Shown piece by piece: positions 39,782-50,732 of a stretch of DNA of 64,000 nucleotides (its first letter is position 1; each line of letters starts with the position of its first letter). The stretch spans positions 19,797 to 83,796 of the forward strand of contig JAPPFE010000020.1 of NCBI GenBank assembly GCA_028823955.1, read 5' to 3'. The notes under the pieces are model-generated. The model did no database searches, was not told the origin of the DNA, and saw only the letters and a program-made list of their open reading frames with translations. Both the position numbers and the translations under genes were made by a program. The stretch is from Candidatus Dadabacteria bacterium (GTDB lineage: Bacteria > Desulfobacterota_D > UBA1144 > Nemesobacterales > Nemesobacteraceae).

Positions 39782-41098
39782 TCAGGTCTTCTGAGCGGTC
39801 GCGGTTCTAAATACCCTGTCGATCCACTGCTCTATGTTCTTGCGCGAGGCCTTTCCTATAAGTTCCCTCACTTCTTGCATGGGAATCACGGCCTTGGCGT
39901 AGGATCTGTGTCCTCCGGCGCTTCCTATTTCGTCAAAAAGCTCGAAAAGCAGCCGCCCTGCGCTCCTGACGGACCCGCTGTTTCTTACGGACATAACCAC
40001 ATGGGAACCGGAAACAATTCCAAAGGCAACAGACCAGTTGACCCCCTCCACCCTCATCCCCATGTCAGCCACCTGGGCAATAAGATGTTCCTTTTCTATC
40101 CTTCCTAGGTTCATGAAAATTATTCCGTCATTTATCCAGTGTCTTGAGAGTGCCTGGCCGTAGTGTTTGATCTCTTCTGAATACAGGTTTTTGGACTCTA
40201 TTTTCCTGAGCAAACCCAAGTCAGCCTGACTGTAGAGATATGTGAACGCTTCAAGGTCGTCAAGATCCGCACCCCTGTTGAGAATCATGGTGTCGGTTTT
40301 TATACCGTAGAGAAGTGCGGTCGAGAGTTTCGCGGAAATCTCAACCTGCGCGGCCCTGAGGAGCCGGGTCATGATCGTCGCGGTAGCTCCTTCCTCGGAA
40401 CTTATCTCTGTGAATTTCGCATCGCACTCGGGGGTTATCGGATGATGGTCAATCACCGAATCGACATCCGTAATCTCGCCTCTGAAATAAGAGGGCTGCA
40501 CATCGACAAGCGCTATGGAATCGAAATTCTTTATGTCATCGGGAGAAATCACCTGCAAGTCTATGCCCATAAGCTCCACCATGGCCACGTTCTCGGGTCT
40601 TGAAATTCTCTCCCCGAGGTAGCCTATAGTCGCCGTTTTCCTGTTTCTTCTAAGAAGGGTCCGAAGGGCCATGGCACTTGCGATCGCGTCCGGGTCGGGC
40701 TGGTTATGAACGAGTATGAGAAGCTTTTTCGCGTCGCGGTGAACCTCTCTTATCAGTCTTACGGAGATATCGGACCTCGCGAGCTTCTCCTCAAAGGATA
40801 TCTGGTTGATTGCGACTTCATCGAATCTCACGTATCTCGCTATATAGCCGTCCTTGCGCCGCTTACCGTCGGCGGAAACAACTATCGGGCTCGTGGGATA
40901 ACTGCGAGCAAGGGATGCCAGAAACTCCTTGGTTGCAAATTCGTTGTTTACAACTATAAGCGTAAAGGTTCCCTTCTGCTTGAACGCGTCATCGGGAGAA
41001 TCAAGTTCTGTTACCTGACCCCTGTTCTTAAAAAGGCTCATCAGGAGAATATCAAATTCTCCGATGAACATATATCGCCTTTCCCCGTTCGTACTCAT
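39782..41098 (-). CDS. DHH/DHHA1-family phosphoesterase with about 125-aa N-terminal extension of unknown type
   Basis: DHH region LILVHNQPDPDAIASAMAL, DHHA1 GGGH (SAGGHRSYA) near the C-terminus. The N-terminal 125 aa has no DHH motifs. Confidence 0.7.
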   Translation of the reverse strand: MSTNGERRYMFIGEFDILLMSLFKNRGQVTELDSPDDAFKQKGTFTLIVVNNEFATKEFLASLARSYPTSPIVVSADGKRRKDGYIARYVRFDEVAINQISFEEKLARSDISVRLIREVHRDAKKLLILVHNQPDPDAIASAMALRTLLRRNRKTATIGYLGERISRPENVAMVELMGIDLQVISPDDIKNFDSIALVDVQPSYFRGEITDVDSVIDHHPITPECDAKFTEISSEEGATATIMTRLLRAAQVEISAKLSTALLYGIKTDTMILNRGADLDDLEAFTYLYSQADLGLLRKIESKNLYSEEIKHYGQALSRHWINDGIIFMNLGRIEKEHLIAQVADMGMRVEGVNWSVAFGIVSGSHVVMSVRNSGSVRSAGRLLFELFDEIGSAGGHRSYAKAVIPMQEVRELIGKASRKNIEQWIDRVFRTATAQKT

Positions 41099-41119
41099 AG
41101 TATCTGGAATTCAGAGCAT

Positions 41120-41920
41120 CTATCTGTAGCAGGCGGCGCTAAGTTCCTCTGTGAAGCTTGAAATCCTACCCAGCATTTCCTGCCTTTCTTCTCCACCGCT
41201 CTCGATTATTCTCACAAGGGCGCTTCCCACGATAACAGCATCGGAAAAAGAGGCTATCGCGGCAGCCTGGCGTGCGGAGGACACCCCGAAACCTACCCCG
41301 ACGGGAAGCTCAGAGCGGCGTTTTATTCTTTCCACCAGATCCTCGAGATCGTAGTCCATGTCAGGACGCGCTCCCGTGACCCCGGTGACCGAAACCACGT
41401 AGATAAAACCCGAGGCGTTTTGCGACACCATCTCTATCCTTTCTTCGGTACTCGTAGGGGCAAGCAAAAAGATGCGGTCAAGCCCCTCTTGCTCGACATG
41501 GACACTCAGTTCCCCGGCTTCCTCGGGCGGAAGATCAACGACCAGAACTCCGTCCGCTCCCGCCTCGCGGGCGTCGCGCGCGAATCGCTCGGTACCGTAG
41601 GAGAAAAAAGGGTTGTAGTAGCCGAAAAGTATCACGGGAATATCCGAGCGGGACCTTATCCTTTTAACAAGTGGAAGCACGTCGGAGAGGGATGTCGAGT
41701 TAGCAAGAGCCCGTTCCGAAGCAGCCTGGATCACCGGCCCGTCCGCCATGGGGTCCGAGAAGGGTATGCCGATTTCCACCATGTCGACACCGCTTGCCTC
41801 CAAGTGGTCAATGATCTGCTCGGTCAAGTCGATATCGGGATCCCCGGCGGTAACATAGCAGATTAAAGCCGCTTTGTTTTTCTCCCGAAGTTCGCGGAAT
41901 TTTTCCTTTATCCTTCCCAT
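41120..41920 (-). CDS. trpA: Tryptophan synthase alpha chain
   Basis: 266 aa, TIM-barrel TrpA motifs (LICYVTAGDPD, GVDMVEIGIPFSDPMADGP). Confidence 0.9.
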   Translation of the reverse strand: MGRIKEKFRELREKNKAALICYVTAGDPDIDLTEQIIDHLEASGVDMVEIGIPFSDPMADGPVIQAASERALANSTSLSDVLPLVKRIRSRSDIPVILFGYYNPFFSYGTERFARDAREAGADGVLVVDLPPEEAGELSVHVEQEGLDRIFLLAPTSTEERIEMVSQNASGFIYVVSVTGVTGARPDMDYDLEDLVERIKRRSELPVGVGFGVSSARQAAAIASFSDAVIVGSALVRIIESGGEERQEMLGRISSFTEELSAACYR

Positions 41921-42069
41921 GTGCTTTTATAAGAAGCCGGCAGTCTGGAAACGCAGAAATCGCAAGCAGACAGAATAAAAAACGAACCTCCAACCTTCGG
42001 AAGCTTTATATACGCGCGTATGGTTATTGTCAAGCGGGTGGCGGGGAAGAAAAACCGGTCCGCGCCGCT

Positions 42070-43269
42070 TCATATAAGAGAGGAAGCGGTATGTATGTCC
42101 TTATCCCCCCGACCGGAGAGACAGATAACTATAATCTGCTCGGGGGACATGGACGGAGCGATTTTGCGCACGTGGGCTACTGCGTGTGCGGTTTCAAGCG
42201 CGGGGATTATTCCCTCTACTTCCGAGAGATAGGAAAACGCCGAGAGCGCTTCTTCGTCCGTTACGGAAACGTAATCGACCTCGCCCGCGTCCTGGAAATA
42301 CGAATGCTCGGGACCCACGCCCGGGTAGTCAAGACCCGCGGCGACGGAATGGGCGCCCTGCACCTGGCCGTCTTCATCCTGGAGCAGGTAGGTTTTGCTT
42401 CCGTGAAGAACCCCTACTGAGCCTGCGGTTATGGTCGCGGAGTGAAGGCCGCTCTCAAGACTATGGCCCGCCGCCTCCACGCCGATTTTCCTTACCCCGG
42501 ATTCCTCTATGAAAGGGAAGAAAAGGCCCATGGCGTTTGAGCCTCCACCAACGCAGGCAACCAGGGTGTCGGGAAGCTTTCCCTCGGCGGCGAGTATCTG
42601 CTCCATTGCCTCATGCCCGATCACGGACTGAAAATCCCTTACCATCATCGGGTAGGGATGGGGACCGGCGACGCTTCCTATTATGTAAAAGGTGTTTCTC
42701 ACGTTCGTAACCCAGTCTCTCATGGCCTCGTTCATGGCGTCTTTGAGTGTCTTCGTGCCCGAGACCACGGGCCTTACCTCAGCTCCCAGAAGCTTCATGC
42801 GGAAAACATTGAGTTCCTGACGTTTCGTGTCCTCCTCCCCCATGTATATCACGCACTCCTTGTTCAAAAGCGCAGCAACCGTGGCCGTGGCGACCCCGTG
42901 CTGCCCCGCCCCGGTTTCGGCTATTATCCTGTCCTTGCCCATCCTCCCGCAGAGAACCCCCTGGCCTATCGTGTTGTTTATTTTGTGCGCTCCGGTGTGG
43001 GCAAGATCCTCTCTTTTAAGGTAAATCTTGGCGCCGCCGAGACTCTCCGTCATCGCGCGGGCGTAATAAAGCGGGGTGGGCCTCCCCGCGTACTGCTTGA
43101 GGTAGTAATCGATCTCTTCGTGAAAAGTCTCGTCAGCCGCGGCCTCTTCGTAGGCCCTCTGAAGCTCGATCAGAGCGGGCATAAGGGTTTCTGAGACGTA
43201 ACGACCTCCGAAGTCTCCGAAATGACCTCCCGTGTCAGGATAGCTGTATCTCCGGTTAGTCTTGCCCAT
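42070..43269 (-). CDS. trpB: Tryptophan synthase beta chain
   Basis: 399 aa, PLP-Lys region [16 protein letters not shown] and the GGGSNA loop. Confidence 0.95.
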   Translation of the reverse strand: MGKTNRRYSYPDTGGHFGDFGGRYVSETLMPALIELQRAYEEAAADETFHEEIDYYLKQYAGRPTPLYYARAMTESLGGAKIYLKREDLAHTGAHKINNTIGQGVLCGRMGKDRIIAETGAGQHGVATATVAALLNKECVIYMGEEDTKRQELNVFRMKLLGAEVRPVVSGTKTLKDAMNEAMRDWVTNVRNTFYIIGSVAGPHPYPMMVRDFQSVIGHEAMEQILAAEGKLPDTLVACVGGGSNAMGLFFPFIEESGVRKIGVEAAGHSLESGLHSATITAGSVGVLHGSKTYLLQDEDGQVQGAHSVAAGLDYPGVGPEHSYFQDAGEVDYVSVTDEEALSAFSYLSEVEGIIPALETAHAVAHVRKIAPSMSPEQIIVICLSGRGDKDIHTASSLI

Positions 43270-43876
43270 AACCCACGGCCTCCATAAACCGCTTAAGCTT
43301 AAGATGATCTTTTATGCCCGGGGAGCTTTCAACCCCGGAACTCACGTCGACGGCGTAGGGATTCACCGCCTGTATGGCCTCGCGTACGTTGTCCGAGTTA
43401 AGTCCTCCGGAAAGTATAACGAATTTATCCTCAGGTTTCCGACGGGAAAGAACGTCCCACGAAAAATTCTCTCCCGTGCCTCCGTAGGCATCAGGCGAGT
43501 AGGCATCGAAAAGAAATGCGTCCGTATCGTAGAGTTCCACCGCATCAAGACTTTCCGCGTTCTTAACCCTTATGGCCTTTATATACCTCTCTCCGAACGC
43601 GGCGCAGAACTCCGGGGTCTCATCCCCGTGCAACTGGTAGACATCAAAACCCGCGATGTTTTTTGCCTCCTTGAGGTAATCCGCCTCGGCGTTTACAAAA
43701 ACCCCCACCTTGGCTACAAACGGGGGGACCTGGCTTATTATTTCTCCCGCCTCTTCGGGCCTGATGAATCTCGGGCTTTTTTCGTAGAAAACGAAACCGA
43801 GAGCCGAAGCTCCCAGCCCCACCGCGCAGAGTGCGTCCTCCGAGTTGGTTATTCCGCACACCTTTACTCTAGTCAT
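43256..43876 (-). CDS. trpF: Phosphoribosylanthranilate isomerase
   Basis: 206 aa; [16 protein letters not shown]-terminus and QLHGDE motif. Confidence 0.9.
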   Translation of the reverse strand: MTRVKVCGITNSEDALCAVGLGASALGFVFYEKSPRFIRPEEAGEIISQVPPFVAKVGVFVNAEADYLKEAKNIAGFDVYQLHGDETPEFCAAFGERYIKAIRVKNAESLDAVELYDTDAFLFDAYSPDAYGGTGENFSWDVLSRRKPEDKFVILSGGLNSDNVREAIQAVNPYAVDVSSGVESSPGIKDHLKLKRFMEAVGYGQD

Positions 43877-43931
43877 TTGCGGTTAATCCTAACCGATGAG
43901 ACAGAATTAATTAATCGTATCCGAATGAGAA

Positions 43932-43970
43932 TAAAAAAGCCCCTCGCGCCGCATCCGACGCAAGGAGCTT
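43932..43970 (-). terminator. Rho-independent terminator downstream of the porin gene
   Basis: Minus-strand RNA GCUCCUUGCG-UCGGAUGCGG-CGCGAGGGGC forms a 10-bp stem (including G-U pairs) followed by CUUUUUU. Confidence 0.5.
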
Positions 43971-44021
43971 TGGTCTAACAGATTAAAAGGAAAGAAAAAA
44001 TTTGTTCCTTAGCGTAGGATC

Positions 44022-45293
44022 CTAAAAATAGGCCTGAACCTGAGCTCTTACCATCGACTCATCAGACTCTACGCCATCGAGGGCCTCTTCCCTCTGGAAT
44101 GTGTAGTCAATCTGCACTTTCCACTTGTGATTGCCGCTTAGGTAGTAGCTAAGCCCCTGAGTGAATGTCCATACGTTGTCAAGCTCTTCTGCTTTGAACG
44201 CGTTTGGATCATTATCATAAACAACCATGGCATACCTGGAAGCAACCTCGATTTTCTTCGGAATCAGGAAGAAACCGCCCTGGACCCTGAAACCGTAGTC
44301 ATAGCCTGTTTCCACACCCGCATCGTCTGGATTCAACCATCTTCCGATATACTCACCGGTAAGATTAAATCTCGGGTCTCTGTAGTTCGCGTCGAAGGTG
44401 ATTGAAGTCATCCTGCCGTCTTCGAGTCCCGCATTCTTAATTGCCTTATTACCGGAATCACCACCTTCCTCAACGTCTACGCCCGCAACAGCGGCTCCAA
44501 TTGTAATCGTGGGTCTCTTGGCGAAATTTTCTTTCACGTTCTTCGCCTTTCCGCCGAGAAGAGCCGCCTGAATTCTAGCAGCCCAGAGCATTCCCGTATC
44601 TCCCGTGTCATTTTTCACGTTCGCACCTTCTCCCTGGAAAACGCCGAGATCATAGCGGAGCATTCCGCCACCGAGAAGACCGTAAACGCCTACACCGATA
44701 TCCCTGTCATACTGAAAGTTGTCATTTATGATAGAGCGGCCGACGAGCGGAAGAGCGGAAGAGGATGTGAGCGCCTCCCTGTTGAACGCAATCTTGTACT
44801 GACCTGCAACCGGAACAAAAGCTCTGTTCTTGGCAAACGAAAGCTTCATATCCTTGAGCTCTCCACCTCCTGAGAAATCGTACTGAACCTTATATTTCAT
44901 CCACGGGGCAAAAGCGTTACCGTCCCAAGTTACCCTGAGCCTTCTTACCCTGAAACCGAGACTTTCATTGTCCTCTCCGTCAGGGTTTATGTAGTTAGCC
45001 AGGAACTGGCTGCGGAGCCTCATCCTGAGCTTGTAGTTGCTGTCCGCGGTCTGGAAAGTAAGACCCGCGCCTTTTTTGGTTTTGACTTTTATCTTGTTGT
45101 ACCAAGCCTTGGTGTCCTTGCCCTCGTACATCTTCATGTTCATCTGCTGACTCTGTTCCTCGAGCCTTTCTATCTGCTTCTTAAGTTCCTCAATCTGTTC
45201 CCTGATGCTCTCGTCGCCACCGGCCTGGGCGGGAAGTGACATAAAGGGAAGAAGCGTCATTAAAGAAACAGCTAAAATTGCTGAAATTCTCAT
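44022..45293 (-). CDS. Phosphate-selective porin O/P family outer-membrane protein
   Basis: Signal peptide, N-terminal coiled coil (REQIEELKKQIERLEEQSQQMNM), beta-barrel with C-terminal ...QVQAYF. Immediately upstream of phoB-phoR. Confidence 0.7.
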   Translation of the reverse strand: MRISAILAVSLMTLLPFMSLPAQAGGDESIREQIEELKKQIERLEEQSQQMNMKMYEGKDTKAWYNKIKVKTKKGAGLTFQTADSNYKLRMRLRSQFLANYINPDGEDNESLGFRVRRLRVTWDGNAFAPWMKYKVQYDFSGGGELKDMKLSFAKNRAFVPVAGQYKIAFNREALTSSSALPLVGRSIINDNFQYDRDIGVGVYGLLGGGMLRYDLGVFQGEGANVKNDTGDTGMLWAARIQAALLGGKAKNVKENFAKRPTITIGAAVAGVDVEEGGDSGNKAIKNAGLEDGRMTSITFDANYRDPRFNLTGEYIGRWLNPDDAGVETGYDYGFRVQGGFFLIPKKIEVASRYAMVVYDNDPNAFKAEELDNVWTFTQGLSYYLSGNHKWKVQIDYTFQREEALDGVESDESMVRAQVQAYF

Positions 45294-45459
45294 CTCACGT
45301 CCTCCTTGATGTGGTTATTGTTCTGCTCTTAACAACTCTGGCCTAATGATATGTTTAAATGGTTAATTCAGAATAAATAGGCCGTTAATTCTATGTTAAG
45401 AGTCCGCGCCACGCAATTGATGTACACTTTCGTATTCTGTAAATTATCAGGGAAAGCAT

Positions 45460-46158
45460 ATGGAAAAGCTCATAGCAGTAGTAGATGACGAAAAAGATAT
45501 ACTCAACCTGATAACCCACCATCTAAAGCGCGAGGGGTACCAGGTAAAGCCCTTTCAGAGCGGAAAGGACTTTCTGCTCTACATAAATTCCGTTCCGCCT
45601 GATCTGGTGCTGCTTGACATCATGCTGCCCGGCATGGACGGCCTTGAGCTCTGCAGGATCCTGAAAAGCAAGCCCCAAACGCACTCAATACCCATAATCA
45701 TGATCACCGCGAAATCCACCGAGGCCGATATCGTCGTGGGCCTCGAACTCGGCGCTGATGACTATATAGTCAAGCCTTTCCGGATTCGTGAACTTGTCGC
45801 CAGAGTGAAAAGCATCTTGAGAAGATATGCGATGAAAAACCCCGGGGACGAAACACTTCGGATCGGCTCCCTCAGCATAAACCCCGCAAGCTACGAGGTC
45901 TCGGTCGATTCACAAAAAATCGACCTAACCACCACGGAGTTCAGGATACTTGAGACCCTCGCAGAAGCGGAGGGAAAAGTGTTCACCCGCGATCAACTGC
46001 TTAAAAGAAAAACCCTCTGGGGAGACGAACGGGTGGTTTTTGACAGAACGATAGACGTTCACATAAAAAACCTGAGAGAAAAACTGGGTTCTGCCGGCAA
46101 GATGATAAAGACCGTGAGAGGAATCGGTTACAAGCTAGAAGAGATCCAAACAGTTTGA
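45460..46158 (+). CDS. phoB: Phosphate regulon response regulator (OmpR/PhoB family)
   Basis: Receiver domain (VVDDEKDIL...DLVLLDIMLPGMDG) plus winged-helix C-terminus. Stop overlaps the kinase start. Confidence 0.85.
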   Translation: MEKLIAVVDDEKDILNLITHHLKREGYQVKPFQSGKDFLLYINSVPPDLVLLDIMLPGMDGLELCRILKSKPQTHSIPIIMITAKSTEADIVVGLELGADDYIVKPFRIRELVARVKSILRRYAMKNPGDETLRIGSLSINPASYEVSVDSQKIDLTTTEFRILETLAEAEGKVFTRDQLLKRKTLWGDERVVFDRTIDVHIKNLREKLGSAGKMIKTVRGIGYKLEEIQTV

Positions 46159-47522
46159 AGATATTCAGAAAACATTTCCTTTACCTGCTCTGCCTGGCCG
46201 CCGCCGCGGCTCTGCTCGCCATGCTGCTTCCCCCGGGACGCGGAATTTTGAATTACATTGTGTGCGTAGCCGCGTTTACGGCGTTCGGATTCGTGCTGTC
46301 GTGGATAATCGAAAGGGGCATTCTGAAAGACTTCTCAAGAATATCGAAAGCGCTTGAGCTTCTGCCGGAGAAGCAGAAGAAAGCCCGCAAAACAGGCCGC
46401 AAGGTAAGCGACTTCGACACGGGAGTATCAATCTCCATAAGCGAGCTCTCGGAGAGAATCTCCCTTCAGATGCAGTCAACCGAGAGGGAAGGAAACCAGC
46501 TTAAAAGTATAATCGAATCCATGAGGGAAGGAGTCATAGTGATATCCAGGGAGGAGAATCTATTGCTCGTAAACGACGCTGCGAAGGAAATGTTTGCAAT
46601 AGACGACGCGGCAATCGGCCGCCCCTACGTGGAAACCGTGAGAAATCCCGATCTCCAGAGGCTTATCTCCCGCATGAAGCAGAAGAAAAAATCGGCCACC
46701 CAAGAAATCTCCGTGCTTTACCCCCAGGAAAGATCGTATCTCGTGAGCGCCCGCGTAAGTCCCCGCTACAGGGAAATCGTGGTTGTCATTTTTGACATAA
46801 CGGAATTTAAGAAGCTTGAGCGGATGAAGGCCGATTTCGTGGCGAACGTCTCCCATGAACTCAGAACCCCGCTTACGTCCATAAAAGGGTACATCGAAAC
46901 CCTTCTTGACAGAAGCTATGACACGAACGAGGAGAAAAAGCATTTTCTCGAGATAATGGAGGAAAACACCGACAGGCTCATAGCCATAGCTTCAGACCTG
47001 CTCGTGCTGTCTGAGCTTGAAAGCGGAGGAACCGATCCCCTAGACTCCGGGAAAGGGCACGAGGAGATCGACATCGGGGAAACCATCATTCGCTCGGTGG
47101 GCTCGCTTGACTCCCTATTCTCGAGAAAAGGAGTCAACCTATCCCTTGAGATTGAAGACGGTCTGCTCCCCTACAGGGCAAACAGGTTCCTCGTGGAACG
47201 CATGCTCATTAATCTCGTTGAGAACTCGGCCAAGTACACCCCGGAAAACGGCTCTGTTGTGGTCCGCGCCTCGGCCCTAAACGGCACCTTGCGCATAGAG
47301 ATTGAAGATAACGGGATCGGAATCCCCCCAGAGCATCAAGAAAGAATATTCGAGAGGTTCTACAGGGTGGATAAGAACCGTTCGAGAGAGATAGGCGGAA
47401 CGGGACTCGGACTCAGCATAGTGAAGCACATAGTCATACAGCACGGGGGAACCATAGCTGTGAGAAGCGCGGAAGGTGAGGGAAGCACGTTCACCGTCGA
47501 GCTCCCGCGACCTGAGAAGTAA
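46155..47522 (+). CDS. phoR: Phosphate regulon sensor histidine kinase (PhoR-like, PAS + HisKA + HATPase)
   Basis: TM anchor, PAS region, H-box SHELRTPLTSI, N/G1/G2 boxes (NLVENSAKYT, DNGIGI, GGTGLGLSIV). Confidence 0.85.
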   Translation: MKIFRKHFLYLLCLAAAAALLAMLLPPGRGILNYIVCVAAFTAFGFVLSWIIERGILKDFSRISKALELLPEKQKKARKTGRKVSDFDTGVSISISELSERISLQMQSTEREGNQLKSIIESMREGVIVISREENLLLVNDAAKEMFAIDDAAIGRPYVETVRNPDLQRLISRMKQKKKSATQEISVLYPQERSYLVSARVSPRYREIVVVIFDITEFKKLERMKADFVANVSHELRTPLTSIKGYIETLLDRSYDTNEEKKHFLEIMEENTDRLIAIASDLLVLSELESGGTDPLDSGKGHEEIDIGETIIRSVGSLDSLFSRKGVNLSLEIEDGLLPYRANRFLVERMLINLVENSAKYTPENGSVVVRASALNGTLRIEIEDNGIGIPPEHQERIFERFYRVDKNRSREIGGTGLGLSIVKHIVIQHGGTIAVRSAEGEGSTFTVELPRPEK

Positions 47523-47531
47523 GCGCGGCGG

Positions 47532-48197
47532 TCAGTTCATCTCCGAAGTGTGCTGATGCTTAAGCATCTCTCCGGTGGCTATGTAGTAGGCGTTCTCGGC
47601 TATGTTGGTCGCAAGATCCGCCACTCTTTCAAGATGTCTCGCAACGTAAATGTAGCGAAGCGCCCGGTTAAGCGTTGAGGGGTCCGATATCACAAAGGTT
47701 ATAAGCTCCCTCACTATCTGGGGTTCGTAGTTATCGACTTCGTCGTCTTTGCGACAGACCTCGACGGCGAGTCGTTCATCGCTTCTTATAAACGCGTCCA
47801 AGGCCTCGCGGAGCATCTCCATCGCCTTGTCAGCCATCTTGGGAATATCAATAAGCGGCTTTATAGGCGGGTAGTCGGCCATGAAAAGAGCCAGTCTCGA
47901 GATACTCGAGGCATGGTCCCCTATCCTCTCAAGATCGTTGTTGACCTTCATTATCATGGTGACGGTCCGCAGATCTGTGGCCTCCGGCTGGTAAAGAGCC
48001 AGTATCTTGATGCAGAGGTTGTCTATCTCGATCTCCATCGAGTTTACCTGGTCGTCCGTGCTGATAACCTCCTGAGCAAGAATCATGTTGCCTTCGCGAA
48101 GGGCCTTTATGCTCTTGGCAATCATGGTTTCGACAAGGGATGCCATCTCAAGCAGTTTCTTGTTAAGAAGCACGAGTTCCCCTTGGTACTTTATCAT
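47532..48197 (-). CDS. phoU: Phosphate signalling complex protein PhoU
   Basis: 221 aa, two PhoU repeats with the conserved E(R/D)xGD motifs (ERIGDHA, ERVADLA). Confidence 0.9.
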   Translation of the reverse strand: MIKYQGELVLLNKKLLEMASLVETMIAKSIKALREGNMILAQEVISTDDQVNSMEIEIDNLCIKILALYQPEATDLRTVTMIMKVNNDLERIGDHASSISRLALFMADYPPIKPLIDIPKMADKAMEMLREALDAFIRSDERLAVEVCRKDDEVDNYEPQIVRELITFVISDPSTLNRALRYIYVARHLERVADLATNIAENAYYIATGEMLKHQHTSEMN

Positions 48198-48221
48198 CTG
48201 TAATTGCTCCTTCGGAGATGC

Positions 48222-49097
48222 CTAGCCAAACTTGCCCGAGACGTAGTCTTCAGTGTGTTTTTTGGCAGGGTTAAGGAATATCTTCTCCGTGGTGTCAAAC
48301 TCCACTATGTCTCCTATGTACATAAAGGCCGTGTAATCCGAGACCCGGGCGGCCTGCTGCATATTGTGGGTCACGATCACTATGGTGAACTTGCTCTTAA
48401 GTTCCGTAACAAGATCCTCTATCTTGGCCGTAGCTATGGGATCAAGCGCGGAGCAGGGCTCATCCATCAAAAGCACATCCGGTTCAACCGCTATTGCCCT
48501 CGCGATGCAGAGTCTTTGCTGCTGACCTCCCGAAAGACTCATGGCGCTGTCATTAAGCCTGTCGTTTACCTCTTCCCAGAGGGCGGCGCGCTTGAGGTTC
48601 TTCTCCACGATATCGTCAAGAACAGATTTCTTCTTGATCCCCGCTATCCTGGCTCCGTAGGCGACGTTCTCGTAGATCGATTTGGGAAACGGGTTTGATT
48701 TCTGAAATACCATGCCGACCCTTTTTCTAAGATCGGTGATGTCGACATCGGAATCGAATATGCTTTTGCCGTTAATCGATATGTCCCCTTCGGTCCTGCA
48801 GTCATCAATGAGATCGTTTAAGCGGTTAAAACAGCGAAGCAGCGTGGATTTACCGCAGCCCGAAGGGCCTATAAACGCCGTGACCTGTTTTCTCGGGATA
48901 TTCATGTTGATGTCCCGAAGAGCCTGCTTCGCGCCGTAAAAAAGACTCAAGTTTTCGACTTCGGCCAAGGGATCGGGAACGGACTTTGCCTTCTTCGGTT
49001 TCTTGGCCTTGGGAGCCGGGGAAACACCGTTTGTCTCCGGGGTTTTGAACTCCTGTTTTTCCATCGGTTTTCCAGACAGCATTAAGTCTTCCTCCAC
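48222..49097 (-). CDS. pstB: Phosphate ABC transporter ATP-binding protein
   Basis: Walker [10 protein letters not shown], signature LSGGQQQRL, Walker [12 protein letters not shown], and the PstB-typical C-terminus. Confidence 0.95.
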   Translation of the reverse strand: MEEDLMLSGKPMEKQEFKTPETNGVSPAPKAKKPKKAKSVPDPLAEVENLSLFYGAKQALRDINMNIPRKQVTAFIGPSGCGKSTLLRCFNRLNDLIDDCRTEGDISINGKSIFDSDVDITDLRKRVGMVFQKSNPFPKSIYENVAYGARIAGIKKKSVLDDIVEKNLKRAALWEEVNDRLNDSAMSLSGGQQQRLCIARAIAVEPDVLLMDEPCSALDPIATAKIEDLVTELKSKFTIVIVTHNMQQAARVSDYTAFMYIGDIVEFDTTEKIFLNPAKKHTEDYVSGKFG

Positions 49098-49115
49098 TAC
49101 TTATACCCTATTAAA

Positions 49116-50732
49116 CTACACCGCGGAAGTCGCGTATTTTTTCCTTAGCCTGTTCCTTATTATTATCGCCGTTATGTTAAGCACAACTACTATCAGTATG
49201 AGCAGAAACGCAGTCATGAACACCATGGGTTTTGCTGCCTCGGCATTTGGAGACTGAAAGCCGAGATCGTATATGTGGAACCCGAGATGCATGAACTTTC
49301 TCTCGAGGTGAAGGAAGGGGAAGTGCCCGTCTATGGGAAGATCAGGCGCAAGCTTCACGACCCCCGTTATCATGAGCGGCGCTACCTCTCCGGTGGCCCG
49401 GGCGACCGCCAGAATAAGGCCCGTAAGTATGGCCGGAAGCGCGCTCGGGATAACCACCTTCCAAGTGGTCTCGAACTTCGTTGCCCCGAGTGCCAGAGAT
49501 CCCTCCCTTATGTTTCTTGGAACTGCAGCGAGTCCCTCTTCGGTCGCGACTATTACCACCGGAACAGTGAGGAGAGCGAGGGTAAGCGATGCCCACAGTA
49601 TTCCTCCCGTACCGAAAGTCGGGCTTGGGAGAGCTTCCTTGAAAAACACGGAGTCAATTATGCCCCCTACGCCGTAGAGAAAGAATCCCACTCCGAAAAC
49701 TCCGAACACTATCGATGGGACCCCGGCCAAGTTGTTAACGCATATCCGAACAATTCTCACCATCACTCCCTGCCTGGCATACTCCCGGAGATAAAGCGCC
49801 GCTATGACTCCGAAAGGCATGACCACTATGCTCATGATAAACACCATAAGAACCGTGCCGAATATCGCGGGGAAGATTCCGCCCTCGGTGTTCGCCTCTC
49901 TCGGATCATCGGAGACAAATCCCCAGAATCTTTTGACGTAAAAGCCGGCTTTTTCCAAAAATCCCATGTCGTTTGGACGAAAGGCAAGCACGATCTTCCC
50001 AAGCGGGATTACCTTCTCGTCTCCCCCGGCGGAGATCATCACCGCCTCGTTTCTGTTAAGCTCCGAGTAGAGCGCTTCGAGTTTCGCCTCGCTTTCCTTG
50101 TAGCGCTCTTCATATTCTTTTATTTTCAGGCGATGCTCGGCCTCCTTAACAGGATCGCCTTCGCCGCGCATCGCAAGGCCACGGAGCTTAAGACGCCGTT
50201 TTTCAATCCCGTAATTTATGTCTCCTATCTCGCCCTTTTCTATCTTAAGTATCTTGGCGTGTATCTCGTTTGAGTCACGTATGAGATCCCGAAGCACGGA
50301 GAAAGCCTCAGTGTCCCCGCCCGGGATCACCACCCCGTTCTTCCTTATCTCCTTTAGATAGCCGTGGTAATTACCCCACTCGTGCCGTTCCAAAATCACG
50401 GCGTCGCGAGGATAGTCGCGCGACGCTATGTCCGCCTCGTTTATCCATTTGAAGTCAAGACCGTAGAGGTCCCTGTTTCCTATCTTGAGCTTAATCCGGG
50501 ACTCAGAACTTCTTACTCCGTCGCTATCCCGCACGGACTCCTTGGCTCGAAACTGCCCTAGGTAGACAGAGCTGTCTCTAAGCGTGTAGCGCCCGATGTC
50601 CGCCGGCCACATAGAGCCCAGACCCTTTGCGGCTATGAGAAACAGAAGTCCTCCTATCATCACGAGCGTGATCATGAGGGCAAGGCCCGATATCCAAATG
50701 TAGGCGTCGCCTGCTTTCCAGAGTTTAGGCAT
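49116..50732 (-). CDS. pstA: Phosphate ABC transporter permease PstA (unusually long, about 250-aa periplasmic insert)
   Basis: C-terminal core with EAA-like loop ALGATKFETTWKVVIPSALP and 6 TM helices. 538 aa versus about 300 aa typical. Confidence 0.85.
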   Translation of the reverse strand: MPKLWKAGDAYIWISGLALMITLVMIGGLLFLIAAKGLGSMWPADIGRYTLRDSSVYLGQFRAKESVRDSDGVRSSESRIKLKIGNRDLYGLDFKWINEADIASRDYPRDAVILERHEWGNYHGYLKEIRKNGVVIPGGDTEAFSVLRDLIRDSNEIHAKILKIEKGEIGDINYGIEKRRLKLRGLAMRGEGDPVKEAEHRLKIKEYEERYKESEAKLEALYSELNRNEAVMISAGGDEKVIPLGKIVLAFRPNDMGFLEKAGFYVKRFWGFVSDDPREANTEGGIFPAIFGTVLMVFIMSIVVMPFGVIAALYLREYARQGVMVRIVRICVNNLAGVPSIVFGVFGVGFFLYGVGGIIDSVFFKEALPSPTFGTGGILWASLTLALLTVPVVIVATEEGLAAVPRNIREGSLALGATKFETTWKVVIPSALPAILTGLILAVARATGEVAPLMITGVVKLAPDLPIDGHFPFLHLERKFMHLGFHIYDLGFQSPNAEAAKPMVFMTAFLLILIVVVLNITAIIIRNRLRKKYATSAV

